Positions 46,289 through 55,948 of a stretch of 64,000 nt of DNA are shown here, piece after piece. The notes under the pieces are model-generated. The model was given only the letters and a program-made list of their open reading frames with translations, did not search any database and was not told where the DNA came from. The position numbers and the translations under genes are program-made. This DNA is from an uncultured delta proteobacterium (lineage in GTDB: Bacteria; Myxococcota_A; Polyangia; Fen-1088), in the NCBI GenBank assembly GCA_963767925.1, contig CAVYGB010000002.1, positions 2,144,001 to 2,208,000 of the forward strand. Direction: 5' to 3'. Within the stretch, counting starts at the first letter, position 1, and each line of letters opens with the position of its first letter.

Positions 46289-48373
46289 ATGTCCGCCCCG
46301 GTCGAAGCCCGAGTCGCAAAGCAGCCCAAGCTCGCTCGCACCCGAAACATCGGGGTGGTCGCGCACATCGATGCGGGCAAGACCACCGTCAGCGAGCGGT
46401 TCCTGTTTTACGCCGGGCGCATCCACAAGATTGGGCGAGGTCCACGACGGCGAGGCCCAGATGGACTGGATGCCGCAGGAGCGCGAGCGCGGCATCACCA
46501 TCACGGCGGCCGCCACCACCATCGAGTGGAAGAACCACGAGCTGCACCTGATCGACACCCCCGGCCACGTCGACTTTACCATCGAGGTCGAGCGATCGCT
46601 GCGCGTGCTCGACGGGGCGGTGGTCGTGTTCTGCGGGGTCTCGGGGGTCGAGCCCCAGTCCGAGACGGTCTGGCGGCAGGCCGACAGCTTTCACGTGCCC
46701 CGGCTGGCCTTCATCAACAAGATGGACCGCGCGGGGGCCGACTTCGACTCGGTGGTCGAGGAGATCAGGACCCGCCTGGGCGCCCGCCCGGTGCCGATCC
46801 AGCTGCCCATCGGGGCGGAGGACCAGTTCCAGGGGGTGGTCGATCTGGTCGAGCAGAAGGCGCTCTACTTCACCGGCGAACGAGGACGAGCCCCCCGGGT
46901 GGACGCGGTCCCCTCGGCGATGGCGGCGGCGGTGGCGGCGGCGCACGAGCGCCTGGTCGAGGCGGCGGCCGACTTCGACGACGCCATCGCCGCGGCTTTC
47001 ATCGAGGGGCAGCCCATCGCCCCGGCGGCGCTGAAGGCGGCGCTGCGCAAGGGGACGGTGGCCTGCGCGATCGTGCCGGTGCTGGCGGGGGCGGCCCTGC
47101 GCAACAAGGGGGTGCAGCCGCTGCTCGATGCCGTGTGCGACTACCTGCCGTCGCCGCTCGAGGTGCCGCCGGTCAAGGGGGTGGTGCCCGGCACCGAGGA
47201 GGAGGTCACCCGCCCGCCCGAGGACAGCGCCCCCTTCTGCGCGCTGGCCTTCAAGGTGGCGATGGACGAGGGGCGCAAGAACGTCTACCTGCGGGTCTAC
47301 TCCGGGGTGCTCCGCCCCGGCGACGATATCCAGAACGCGCGCACCCGGCGCAACGAGAAGCTGGCCCGCCTGTTCTCGGTGCACGCCAACCGGCGCGAGC
47401 GGATCGAGCGGGCGGGGCCCGGGAGCATCGTGGTGGCGATGGGGCTCAAGGACGTCGGCACGGGCGACACGCTGTGCTCGCCCGAAGGCGCCGATCCTGC
47501 TCGAGCGGATCGTGGCCCAGGAGCCGGTGATCTCGCGGGCCATCGAGCCGAGCACCCAGGCCGACAAGGAGAAGCTCGACTTCGGGCTCGGCAAGCTGGC
47601 CGACGAGGACCCCACCTTCCGCCAGGGCGAAGACGCCGAGACCGGGCAGACCATCATCCGCGGCATGGGCGAGCTGCACCTCGACATCATGGTGGACCGC
47701 CTGAAGCGCGAATACGGCGTCGAGGCGAACGTGGGGCGGCCCCAGGTCGTCTACCGGGAGACGCTGGCCAAGGCGGGTGAGGGCGAGGCGCGGTTCGAGC
47801 GGACGCTCGACGACGAGAGTCTGTTCGGGCACGCGCGGGTGCGGGTGGCGCCGCGGCCCGCGGGGCGGCGGCAACGATCTGCGCATGGAGCTGGTGCGGG
47901 CGGAGCCGGTGCCGGGGGCGAAGGTTGTCGATGCGCCGCCGGCGATCCTCGAGGCGGCGATGGAGGGGGCGCGGGAGGCGATGCGGTCGGGGCCGCAGGG
48001 GTATCCCTTCGAGGACATCGAGGTGGTCATCACCGGGATCGAATACCGGCCGGATGCTTCGACGCCGGCGGGGCAGAAGGCTGCCGTGGGCGAGGCGTTG
48101 CGGCACGCGTCGCGCGATGCGGGGACGCGGCTGCTCGAGCCGATCATGCGGGTCGAGGTGACGGCGCCGGAGCAGCACGTGGGTGACGTGCTGGGCGATC
48201 TGAATGCGCGGCGGGCGCAGATCCAGGACGTCGGGTTCCGGGGCAACCTGCGGGTGATTCTGGCGAAGGTGCCGATGCGACGCATGTTCGGGTATTCGAC
48301 GGACTTGCGGTCGGCGACGCAGGGGCGGGCGAACTACTCGATGCAGTTCGATACCTACGACGCCTGGGAGTGA
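46289..48373 (+). CDS. fusA: Elongation factor G paralog, three +1 frameshifts in this sequence
   Basis: [51 protein letters not shown]; single extra bases at ~46433, ~47481 and ~47857. Confidence 0.88.
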
Positions 48374-48386
48374 GCAGCGCCGTCTT

Positions 48387-48430
48387 GCGTGCGCGTTGCG
48401 TGCGTGCGTGCGTGAGTGAGTGCGTGCGTG
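48387..48430. repeat. (GCGT/GAGT)n tetranucleotide microsatellite
   Basis: GCGTGCGTGCGTGCGTGAGTGAGTGCGTGCGTG read directly. Confidence 0.75.
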
Positions 48431-48583
48431 GCGGGGACCCGGACGCGCGGGGCTGCGTGCGGTCGGCGGGGGCCGATCCGTGGGCTCGGCGGGGGTCGCT
48501 CCGTGCTTTTCGGCGGGGGGCGTGCTCGGTGCGGGGCGTGGGCTCGGTGAGGGGGACGCTCCGTGCTTTCCGGCGGGGGGGGC

Positions 48584-48871
48584 GGGGGGAGGTGGGGATG
48601 GGTTTCCCGGGGGACGGCCCCTTTACGCGCGGTCGGGGGGAGACTCTCGGGGCCTGGTGGGGGGCTGGTGATGGGCGAGCGTGGGTGGCCTGGGGGACGG
48701 CCCCTTCACGCGCGGTCGGGGGGAGACTCGCGGGCCTGGTGGGGGGCTGGTGATGGGCGAGCGTGGGTGGCCTGGGGGAGCGCGCGGGGCCTCGACTCGC
48801 GCCTTGGCAACCGCCGCAGACGGCGGTGCAGGGGCTCCACGCCCCCGGGAAACCCATCCCCACCTCCCCCC
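48584..48871. mobile_element. MITE/REP-like unit: perfect 30-bp terminal inverted repeats enclosing an ~83-bp tandem duplication
   Basis: 48584-48613 is the exact reverse complement of 48842-48871; direct units 48609-48691 and 48692-48773. Confidence 0.6.
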
Positions 48872-48970
48872 ACCCCGTGAAGGCCTACATTTTCTCCGCT
48901 GCGCGGCGGGTGGAGAGCGATCAGATCCCGTTCAGGCGAGGTCACGTCTCCCGCGGGGCCCTGGGCCATT

Positions 48971-49030
48971 CACCTCTCCCCGCGGTCTGCCGTGGGGAGA
49001 GGTCGACGCGTCTGCGCGGCGGGTGAGGGG
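48971..49030. repeat. REP-like double-hairpin element, copy 2
   Basis: Near-identical to 41818..41877. Confidence 0.85.
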
Positions 49031-49099
49031 GGGAGCAATAGGCAACTGCGGTCGTTGGCGGGAGGATGGGGAGGTTGTGGTGGGGGCCGTCGGGTGATC

Positions 49100-49346
49100 G
49101 GCCGACGTCGCAGCGGAGCTTCATCGTGCCGGCGCGTTCGAGGGTAGTCGGGAGCCTCTGGCCTTTGAAGGGCATGGCGAGGTTGAAGACTGCCGCGGGC
49201 GGCGATCACCCGCACCGCCCGCCAGCGGCAATACGCCCAGAGCGCGCCGTAGCGCCGGCAGATCGAGCAAGTGCAGGCGGTGAGGTGCCGCGGCACCCGG
49301 GCGACCTCGAGGCGGACGGCGCCGCAGTGGCAGAGGCGCGGATCAT
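49100..49346 (-). pseudogene. GFA (Mss4-like) gene fragment joined to an unrelated fragment
   Basis: GGAGG RBS, MIRAS/CHCGAV (1-nt frameshift), CTCSICRRYGALWAY; truncated at ~49190. Confidence 0.7.
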
Positions 49347-49454
49347 CAAAACGTGGCCTCCCGGCACATCTTGTCGCCCTCGACGCGATGGGGACTACGC
49401 CAGATCGGCATCTCGGGGGCCGGTTCTGTGCGATGCTGGCTGAGCAGGCCAATC

Positions 49455-50645
49455 ATGCGGTGGTTCTCGTTCACGCTTCTCATCAGCGGCGGCGCGCTGC
49501 TCGGGCATCTCTATCTCTACCGGCGGCTGGTGCGGCCGTTGCGGCTGCGCCGGTCGATCCGCCTGGCCCTGGGCGCCTTGCTGCTCTTCATGACGGTGTT
49601 TCTGCTCTTCCGGGGGCCCGTGCGCGACCTCGGCCCCGCGGTGAAAAACGCCCATGACCTGGTGGCGTTTGGCTGGATGGCGCTCGCGCTGAGCTTCATC
49701 GTCGCCACCGCGCTGGGCGACGCCATCCGGCTCGGCGAGGCGCTGGCCAGCAGGCTCCGCCGCAGGCGGGCCGGGCCGCCGGCCGATCCGGCGACCGTGT
49801 CGGGCGAGATCGATCCGGGCCGGCGCGCGTTCGTGCGCTGCTTGCCGGTGTCGGTGCTCGCGGGCGGCGGCATCACGGCCGCGTACTCCAGCGGGCGCGC
49901 CTTCGGCCCGGCGGAGATCAGCGAGGTGCCGGTGCGCTTGCCGCGGCTGCCCCGCACGCTCGATGGGTTGACCATCGTCCAGCTCACGGACGTGCACGTG
50001 GGCCCGTACATCGGGCGGCGCTTCGTCGAGCGGCTCGTCGCCCAGGCGAACGCGCTGGCACCCGACCTGGTGGTCATCACCGGCGACCTGGTCGACGGCA
50101 ACGTCGCCACCCTCGGCCAGGCGGTCTCGGCCCTGGGCGGCCTGCACGCCCGCTTCGGGCGCTACTTCGTCACCGGCAACCACGAGTACTACTCCGGCGT
50201 GACGCCCTGGACGCAGTTCCTGGAACAGATCGGCATCCCGGTCTTGCGCAATCGCCACCTGCCGATCGGAGACGGCGGCGGCACGTTCGATCTCGTCGGG
50301 GTCGACGACTGGAGCGGCGCCCGCCGGCGCGGCGGCCAGGGCTACGACCTGAAAGCGGCGCTGCGCGGCCGGGATAGCGATCGCGCCGCGGTCCTGCTCG
50401 CGCATCAGCCGCGCAACTTCGAGGCCGCGGCCCCGGGCGGCATCGGCCTGCAGATCTCCGGTCACACCCACGGCGGCCAGGTCTTCCCCATGACGATGCT
50501 CGTCGGCCTGGACTTCCCCTACACCCGAGGCCTGTACCGCCACCAGGACAGCCACCTCTACGTCAGCCGCGGCTGCGGCTTCTGGGGCCCCCCCTCCCGC
50601 CTGGGCAGCCCGCCCGAGATCGCCAAGCTGGTGTTGACCGTCTGA
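49455..50645 (+). CDS. Membrane-anchored metallophosphoesterase (YkuE-like)
   Basis: N-terminal TMs, TDVH, GDLVD, GNHE, LAHQP, SGHTHGGQ. Confidence 0.92.
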   Translation: MRWFSFTLLISGGALLGHLYLYRRLVRPLRLRRSIRLALGALLLFMTVFLLFRGPVRDLGPAVKNAHDLVAFGWMALALSFIVATALGDAIRLGEALASRLRRRRAGPPADPATVSGEIDPGRRAFVRCLPVSVLAGGGITAAYSSGRAFGPAEISEVPVRLPRLPRTLDGLTIVQLTDVHVGPYIGRRFVERLVAQANALAPDLVVITGDLVDGNVATLGQAVSALGGLHARFGRYFVTGNHEYYSGVTPWTQFLEQIGIPVLRNRHLPIGDGGGTFDLVGVDDWSGARRRGGQGYDLKAALRGRDSDRAAVLLAHQPRNFEAAAPGGIGLQISGHTHGGQVFPMTMLVGLDFPYTRGLYRHQDSHLYVSRGCGFWGPPSRLGSPPEIAKLVLTV

Positions 50646-50871
50646 ACGTTGGTGGTGGTTCGAGTCCGACCAGTGCTCTGGGTTGGTAGCGGGCGGCGCC
50701 GACGGAAGGTACGCGGAGCTCGCTCCGCCCACCGGCCACATCCCCGGCAGAGCGAGGCGCTACCCCGTCTCCGAACGCCGGCGGGCGTCGACGAGCAGGT
50801 CGTCGCGCCGCTGGTACGTCGCGGCAGGGAGGCTCAAACATCGGGGCCTTCTTGCCGATGATGAGCAGCGC

Positions 50872-52062
50872 ATGCTCGTGGCGCGCGCATCCTCCACCCC
50901 GACGGACGCGGCGGCCAACGGGCGGTCGGTGCTGCTGGTGGACGACGGCCCGCAGAACCGGGTGCTGTTCCAGGCCATCCTCGAGTTTGCCGGGTATCGG
51001 GTGCTGGTGGCCGAGGAGGGCGCCGCGGCGCTCGAGCTGCTGGCGCGCGAGCCGGTCGACCTGATGGTGCTCGACTACATGATGCCGGGAATGGACGGGG
51101 CGGAGGTGGCTCGGCGCGTTCGGCTCGACCCCGAGCGCAGCGACCTGCCAATCGTCATGTTGACCGCGTCGCACGAGGAGAACCACATCGAGGCCGCCTT
51201 CGCAGCCGGGGCCAACGACTACCTCACCAAGCCGGTCGACCGGCGCATCCTGCTGGCCCGGGTGGCGTCCATGATCAAGGCGGCCGACGATGGCCGCCAG
51301 GCCCAGCAGGTGGTGGTGCTCGAGGGGGAGCGCCGCACCCTGCTCACCGAGATCGAGGAGGCCGCGCGCATCCAGCAGGGGCGCTTGCCGCGGCTGCCGA
51401 TCACCTCGGGGGGCTGGACGCTCGCCGGGGCGCTGGTCCCCTGCCGGCACGTCGGCGGCGACCTGCTCGACGTGATCGTGGATGGGGAGGGGGGCCTGGT
51501 GCTGGTGCTGCTCGACGTCTCGGGGCACGGGCTGGGCGCCGCCCTGGTGGCGGCGTCCATCAGCGCCCAGGTGCGCGAGCTGGTCGCCCGGCACCCGGTG
51601 GACGAGACCGTCTACCAGCTCAACAACCTGCTGTGCCGGGAGAGCGACGACAAATACGCCTGCGTGGCCGTGCTCTCGCTGCAGGAGCGGCGCGCGGTGG
51701 TAGTGAACGCCGGCCTGCCCCCGGTCTGCCTGATCCGCGGCGGCGCCTGCATCGCGCGCTTCGACCGCGCCGGCTTCCCGCCCGGGCTGGCCGCCGACAC
51801 GCGCTACGATGCCCAGACCTGCGACATCCAGCCTGGCGACCGCCTGGTGCTGATGAGCGACGGCCTCACCGAGCCCTTCGGCCACGCGACCTCGGTCGAC
51901 CCCGTCCTGCACCACCTCGGCTTGCTGTCCCCCGACCTGCACCTCGACGGGCTGAGCCCCACCGTCCTCGGCGACCGCATGATGGCCCTCCTCCGCGAGG
52001 GCCACCCCGTCGATGTCGACGACGTCACCCTCCTGGTCGCCGAGCGCCTCCCCGCCCACTGA
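50872..52062 (+). CDS. Response regulator receiver + PP2C/SpoIIE phosphatase
   Basis: LLVDD, LDYMMPGMDG, DYLTKP; VGGD, DVSGHG, SDGLTE, DDVTLL. Confidence 0.92.
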   Translation: MLVARASSTPTDAAANGRSVLLVDDGPQNRVLFQAILEFAGYRVLVAEEGAAALELLAREPVDLMVLDYMMPGMDGAEVARRVRLDPERSDLPIVMLTASHEENHIEAAFAAGANDYLTKPVDRRILLARVASMIKAADDGRQAQQVVVLEGERRTLLTEIEEAARIQQGRLPRLPITSGGWTLAGALVPCRHVGGDLLDVIVDGEGGLVLVLLDVSGHGLGAALVAASISAQVRELVARHPVDETVYQLNNLLCRESDDKYACVAVLSLQERRAVVVNAGLPPVCLIRGGACIARFDRAGFPPGLAADTRYDAQTCDIQPGDRLVLMSDGLTEPFGHATSVDPVLHHLGLLSPDLHLDGLSPTVLGDRMMALLREGHPVDVDDVTLLVAERLPAH

Positions 52063-52198
52063 CCAGACCCCCGGGACGGCCCGCCAGCGCGCGCCGGGTG
52101 GGGGCGACCTCACGCTCGCGGGCCGATCTTTTCCACCGGCGGCTTTGCGGTCGACCGCCAGGGTGACGCGGGCAGCCGGGCGCGGCATACTCCGGCGC

Positions 52199-52777
52199 AT
52201 GCGCGCATACCTGCTTCCCTTGTCGCTGTCGCTCGCCGTCGGCTGCTCGTCCACGCAGCGGCCCGATGGCGGCAAGGGGCTGCTCGCGGCGGGGGCGCAG
52301 GCGCCGGATCTGAAGGCGCCGGATCACCGCGGGGCCGAGGTGGCGTTGCGCGACGGGCGGGCCTCGCTGGTGTTCTTCTATCCGAAGGACGACACGCCTG
52401 GCTGTACCCGCGAGGCGTGCGCCTTCCGGGACACCTGGCAGCGGTACGAGGCGGCGGGGCTGCGCGTGATCGGGGTATCGACCGACAGCGACGCCTCTCA
52501 CCGCGCGTTCGCCGAGAAGCACCGGCTGCCCTTCCCGCTCATCGCCGACGGCGAACGGGTATGGGCCCAGAGCTTCGGGGTGGGCCCGTTCTTCGGCATG
52601 ACCCGGCGGGTGAGCTTCCTGATCGGGAGCGACGGCCGCATCCACAAGGTTTACCCGAAGATCGATCCCGGCCAGCACGCCGCCGAGGTCCTGAGCGACG
52701 CCGGCGCCCTCGGGGTGACGAACCCGACCGGCAGCCGCGCCGACGCTCGGTCCACCAAGACCGAGGCCGGCCGGTGA
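52199..52777 (+). CDS. bcp: Peroxiredoxin Bcp-type lipoprotein
   Basis: Lipobox AVGC; FFYPKDDTPGCTREAC. Confidence 0.85.
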   Translation: MRAYLLPLSLSLAVGCSSTQRPDGGKGLLAAGAQAPDLKAPDHRGAEVALRDGRASLVFFYPKDDTPGCTREACAFRDTWQRYEAAGLRVIGVSTDSDASHRAFAEKHRLPFPLIADGERVWAQSFGVGPFFGMTRRVSFLIGSDGRIHKVYPKIDPGQHAAEVLSDAGALGVTNPTGSRADARSTKTEAGR

Positions 52778-53622
52778 CGTCCCGGCGAACAGCGGCAACC
52801 GCGCTGGTGGCGGCCAGCGCGCTGGGGATCGCCTGCAGCGAGGAAGGACCGGAGCTGATGGCCAGCGCGCCGGAGGGGCTGCGGATCCTCGCCTACAACA
52901 TCCACCACGGCGAGGGCACCGACGATCAGATCGACCTTCCGCGCCTCGCCAGCGTGATCCTGGAACAGGACCCTGACCTCGTCGCCCTGCAGGAGGTGGA
53001 CCGCGGCGCCGCGCGGACCGGTGGCGTGGATCAGGCCGCCGTGCTCGGCGAGCTGACCGGCCTCACGCCCCTTTATGGTCCCTTCATGGACTTCGACGGC
53101 GGCAGCTACGGGATGGCGCTGCTCACCCGCTGGGAGGTGGTGCGATCCCGGAACATCGAGCTGCCCGGCGCCTGCCTCGACTGCCCATGCAACCCCTTCC
53201 CCTGCCCCGAGGGCCGCACATCGATGATGGCCGTGGTCCGCTCCCCCCGAGACGGGAAGACCGTCACCTTCGCCGGCGTCCACCTCTACGGCTCGGAGGC
53301 CGAACGCCTCGCCCAGGCCAGCGCCCTCACCACCGAGCTGGCGACCGAACCCACCCCGGCCATCCTGGCCGGCGACTTCAACGCGCAACCCGGCACCCCC
53401 GTGATGACCCTCCTCGATCCCACCTGGCACATCCTGGAAAAGGAAGGCCCCCCCGCCACCTTCCCCGCCCCCGCCCCCACCCGCGAGATCGACTACATCC
53501 TCCTCCGCAAGGACAGCGACGTCGAGGTAACCCGCCACATCGTCCTCGAAGAAGCCGCAGCCTCCGACCACCGCCCCATCCTGTCCGACCTGCTCCTCAC
53601 CCGCCCCGCCAACGCGCGGTAG
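52774..53622 (+). CDS. Endonuclease/exonuclease/phosphatase-family lipoprotein
   Basis: LGIAC lipobox; YNIHHG, ALQEVD, GDFNA, IDYI, ASDHRP. Confidence 0.9.
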   Translation: MTSRRTAATALVAASALGIACSEEGPELMASAPEGLRILAYNIHHGEGTDDQIDLPRLASVILEQDPDLVALQEVDRGAARTGGVDQAAVLGELTGLTPLYGPFMDFDGGSYGMALLTRWEVVRSRNIELPGACLDCPCNPFPCPEGRTSMMAVVRSPRDGKTVTFAGVHLYGSEAERLAQASALTTELATEPTPAILAGDFNAQPGTPVMTLLDPTWHILEKEGPPATFPAPAPTREIDYILLRKDSDVEVTRHIVLEEAAASDHRPILSDLLLTRPANAR

Positions 53623-53915
53623 AGCAGCGACCGGTTTGCCCGGAGGGTCCCCGGCGTTCGTTGATCAAACCGTCCGGTGATCCAGACGCTGCAGCCCAGC
53701 GGCTCCGAGCCTGGATCGCCGGGTTTCAACCGCAACCCCGCAGGCGCGCGTACAGCCGCGGACGCCCGCCACGTCCAGCCGCTCATGGCGGCGCCGCACT
53801 CCCTGCGTGCACCCGACTGCTGCTTGTAGCAAAACGGCACTCAGGTTAGAGCCAGCCGCTGAAACCTGTGGAGAATTTGCGCCGATGGGCGAAACGAGGT
53901 GTCGAGGCCGGGACG

Positions 53916-54099
53916 CGTGCTCGTGGGCGTGTTCGAGCGCGTGTTCGTGTTCGTGTTCGAGTTCGTGTGGGGCGAGCGTTGAGCGGCCAGGCGGCTCTCG
54001 GTGCGCGTAAATCACGCGAGCCGAGGCCCGCGGGCCGAACACGCTCACCACACACGGACACGAACTCGAACACGCGCTCGCACACGAGCACGACCACGA
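53916..54099. repeat. Inverted arms built from CGTGTT-like hexamers
   Basis: 53916-53968 (CGTGCT..CGTGTT..CGAGTTCGTGT) is the imperfect reverse complement of 54058-54092. Confidence 0.75.
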
Positions 54100-54114
54100 C
54101 AGCCGCGGCAGTCA

Positions 54115-54368
54115 TCAGGGTTGGTGGCGGTGCATGCCGGCGAGCCGAGTGAGCATCGCGCACAGCCGGTCGAGCAGAGACATCACCGCTTCGATCTCGG
54201 TATCGGGAGCAAGTCCCAGGATTGCAACGCCTCCAAGGCGGCTGCCGCCTCGGACGCTTCGCCTCTGGCGGTGCGGAACCGTGAGATCCGGTCGGCGCCC
54301 GTTCGGCTGGATGCCTCGGCGATGCCCAGGTATGCCGACAACAGCGCGCCGAAGCTGGTCCTGCAACA
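54115..54368 (-). pseudogene. Four-helix-bundle (23S rRNA IVP/bAvd-like) gene remnant
   Basis: LQDQLRRA..[shift]GIAEASSR..RFRTARGEASEAAAALE[shift]..LLDRLCAMLTRL; N-terminus replaced by IS5 fragment. Confidence 0.75.
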
Positions 54369-55062
54369 AGCTCAAGACCGGGTGCCAATGGGATGCCATC
54401 CCCCGCGAGTTCGGCAGCGGCAGCGTGTGCTACCAGCGGTTCCAGCAGTGGCGAGCGGCCGGCGTGTTCCACATGATGCACGTGGAGATGGTCCTCTACT
54501 ACGACCAGCATGTTGGCGTCGACCTGAGCTGGTGCTCGCTCGACAGCGCCACTGTCAAGGCACCAAAAGGGGGGACCTCACCGGCCCCAGTCCGACCGAT
54601 CGGGCCAAACTCGGGACCAAGCGCCACATCCTGACCGACGCCGACGGCGTGCCCCTGGCCGTCACCATCACAGGGGCGAACGTGCACGACAAGTGGATGG
54701 TGGGCCAGACCCTGGATGCCATGGTCCTGCGGGGCCCTCGTGGTCCACGTCGCCCCAAGAGCTTGTGCCTCGACAAAGGCTACGACTACGACTACGCCGA
54801 CTGTGAGCAGGAGGTTCGCCGCCGTCGAATCGTTCCTCACATCCGCCGGCGAGGCGAACCACCACTGGTCGGCTGTGTTCACGGTAGGCCGCGACGCTGG
54901 GTGGTCGAGCGCACCAACAGCTGGCACAACCGATATCGAGGTCTTCTCATCCGCTGGGAACGCAAAGCCGAGAATTACTTAGCCTTCGTTCGGCTCGCCT
55001 GTCCGCTGATTGCCTTCAACGCTGCCTCTCGTGCGTAATTCACAGGTTCCAGCGGCTCACTC
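54366..55062 (+). mobile_element. 5'-truncated IS5-family element with split transposase
   Basis: KTGCQW..RFQQW..LDSATVKAPKGG then -1 frame DRAKLGTKRH..DKGYD..RWVVERTNSW (stop 55038); A4G6 site at 54565-54574. Confidence 0.88.
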
Positions 55063-55605
55063 TTAAGGCCAATGCCGGTGGGTGGGGACGCGGACCAGGG
55101 TCACGACTCGGGCGACCTCATTCCCTGCATCACGCACCCGCAACGTGAGGTAGGTCCCCACCCGACCGTCGAGCGCGCGCGAAGTGTTGAGACCGGACGC
55201 TTGCACGTCGTTGCCGTCGATCGACAGGATCATGGCGCCGGGACGAATGCCGGCCCTTTCCGCCGATGATCCGGGGGCGACCGTGAGAACCTCGACTTCC
55301 GCCCGCGCCCGGATCGACAGTTCCACCCAACCGTGCTTCCGGCGATCCAGGAGCCCGAAGGTGCCGAGGTCGAGCACCATACTGGTCGGGGGCACTTCGA
55401 ACCACCGCCGGTCTCCCGCGTGGCGCCGGGACGGGTCGGTGATGTGGAGCTGTATCAGCTGTCCCGGGGGCACCGCCGGGATGGAGAATTTGCCGGCGGC
55501 GTCGCCGCGGCCTTCCAGCGCGTGGCTCAGGCGAGAGCGAGCGCCGCCACCGCCGACTGCCCCTGAGGTGTTCTCTTTGGAGACATATCTCGCCGTCTGA
55601 CCGTT
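55063..55605 (-). pseudogene. C-terminal fragment of a PDZ-domain protein
   Basis: VAPGSSAERAGIRPGAMILSIDG, GTYLTLRV; frame open to ~55605 without a clear start or RBS. Confidence 0.6.
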
Positions 55606-55651
55606 CTAGACTGACCACCGTTCGTGGGTTCATCGTTTCAGGAGGAACAGC

Positions 55652-55948
55652 ATGAAAAACGCACGCGCGCTACTGACGGCAGCAGCCGTGGGCCTTCTCG
55701 CCTTCCATGGGTCACCGTTCACTGCGGATAGCGCTCGGGGTTCGCCGGCCTGCCAGCGCCCCATGGGCTTTCATATCGATTGCTCATGTCCATCGGGAGT
55801 CGGGCGGGGCTGCATATGTGCGCCCTGCCAGGTACCCGGTGGGATCTGGTGCCAGGAGCGAGACTCGGAGACCTGCAATGCCTGCGGCCTCGAATACACG
55901 CAAGGGTGCGACCAGTTCGGATCGTGCAACTGTCGGGGCGAATCGTAG
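55652..55948 (+). CDS. Small secreted Cys-rich protein (12 Cys)
   Basis: AGGAGGA RBS; signal-peptide-like MKNARALLTAAAVGLLAF. Confidence 0.7.
   Translation: MKNARALLTAAAVGLLAFHGSPFTADSARGSPACQRPMGFHIDCSCPSGVGRGCICAPCQVPGGIWCQERDSETCNACGLEYTQGCDQFGSCNCRGES

Noticed and set aside
46430..47862. Programmed frameshifting in EF-G
   Set aside because: No slippery sequences; three independent +1 events in short runs fit sequencing error better
54115..54368. Diversity-generating retroelement suggested by the Avd-like fold
   Set aside because: No reverse transcriptase and no adenine-mismatched TR/VR pair seen in the window
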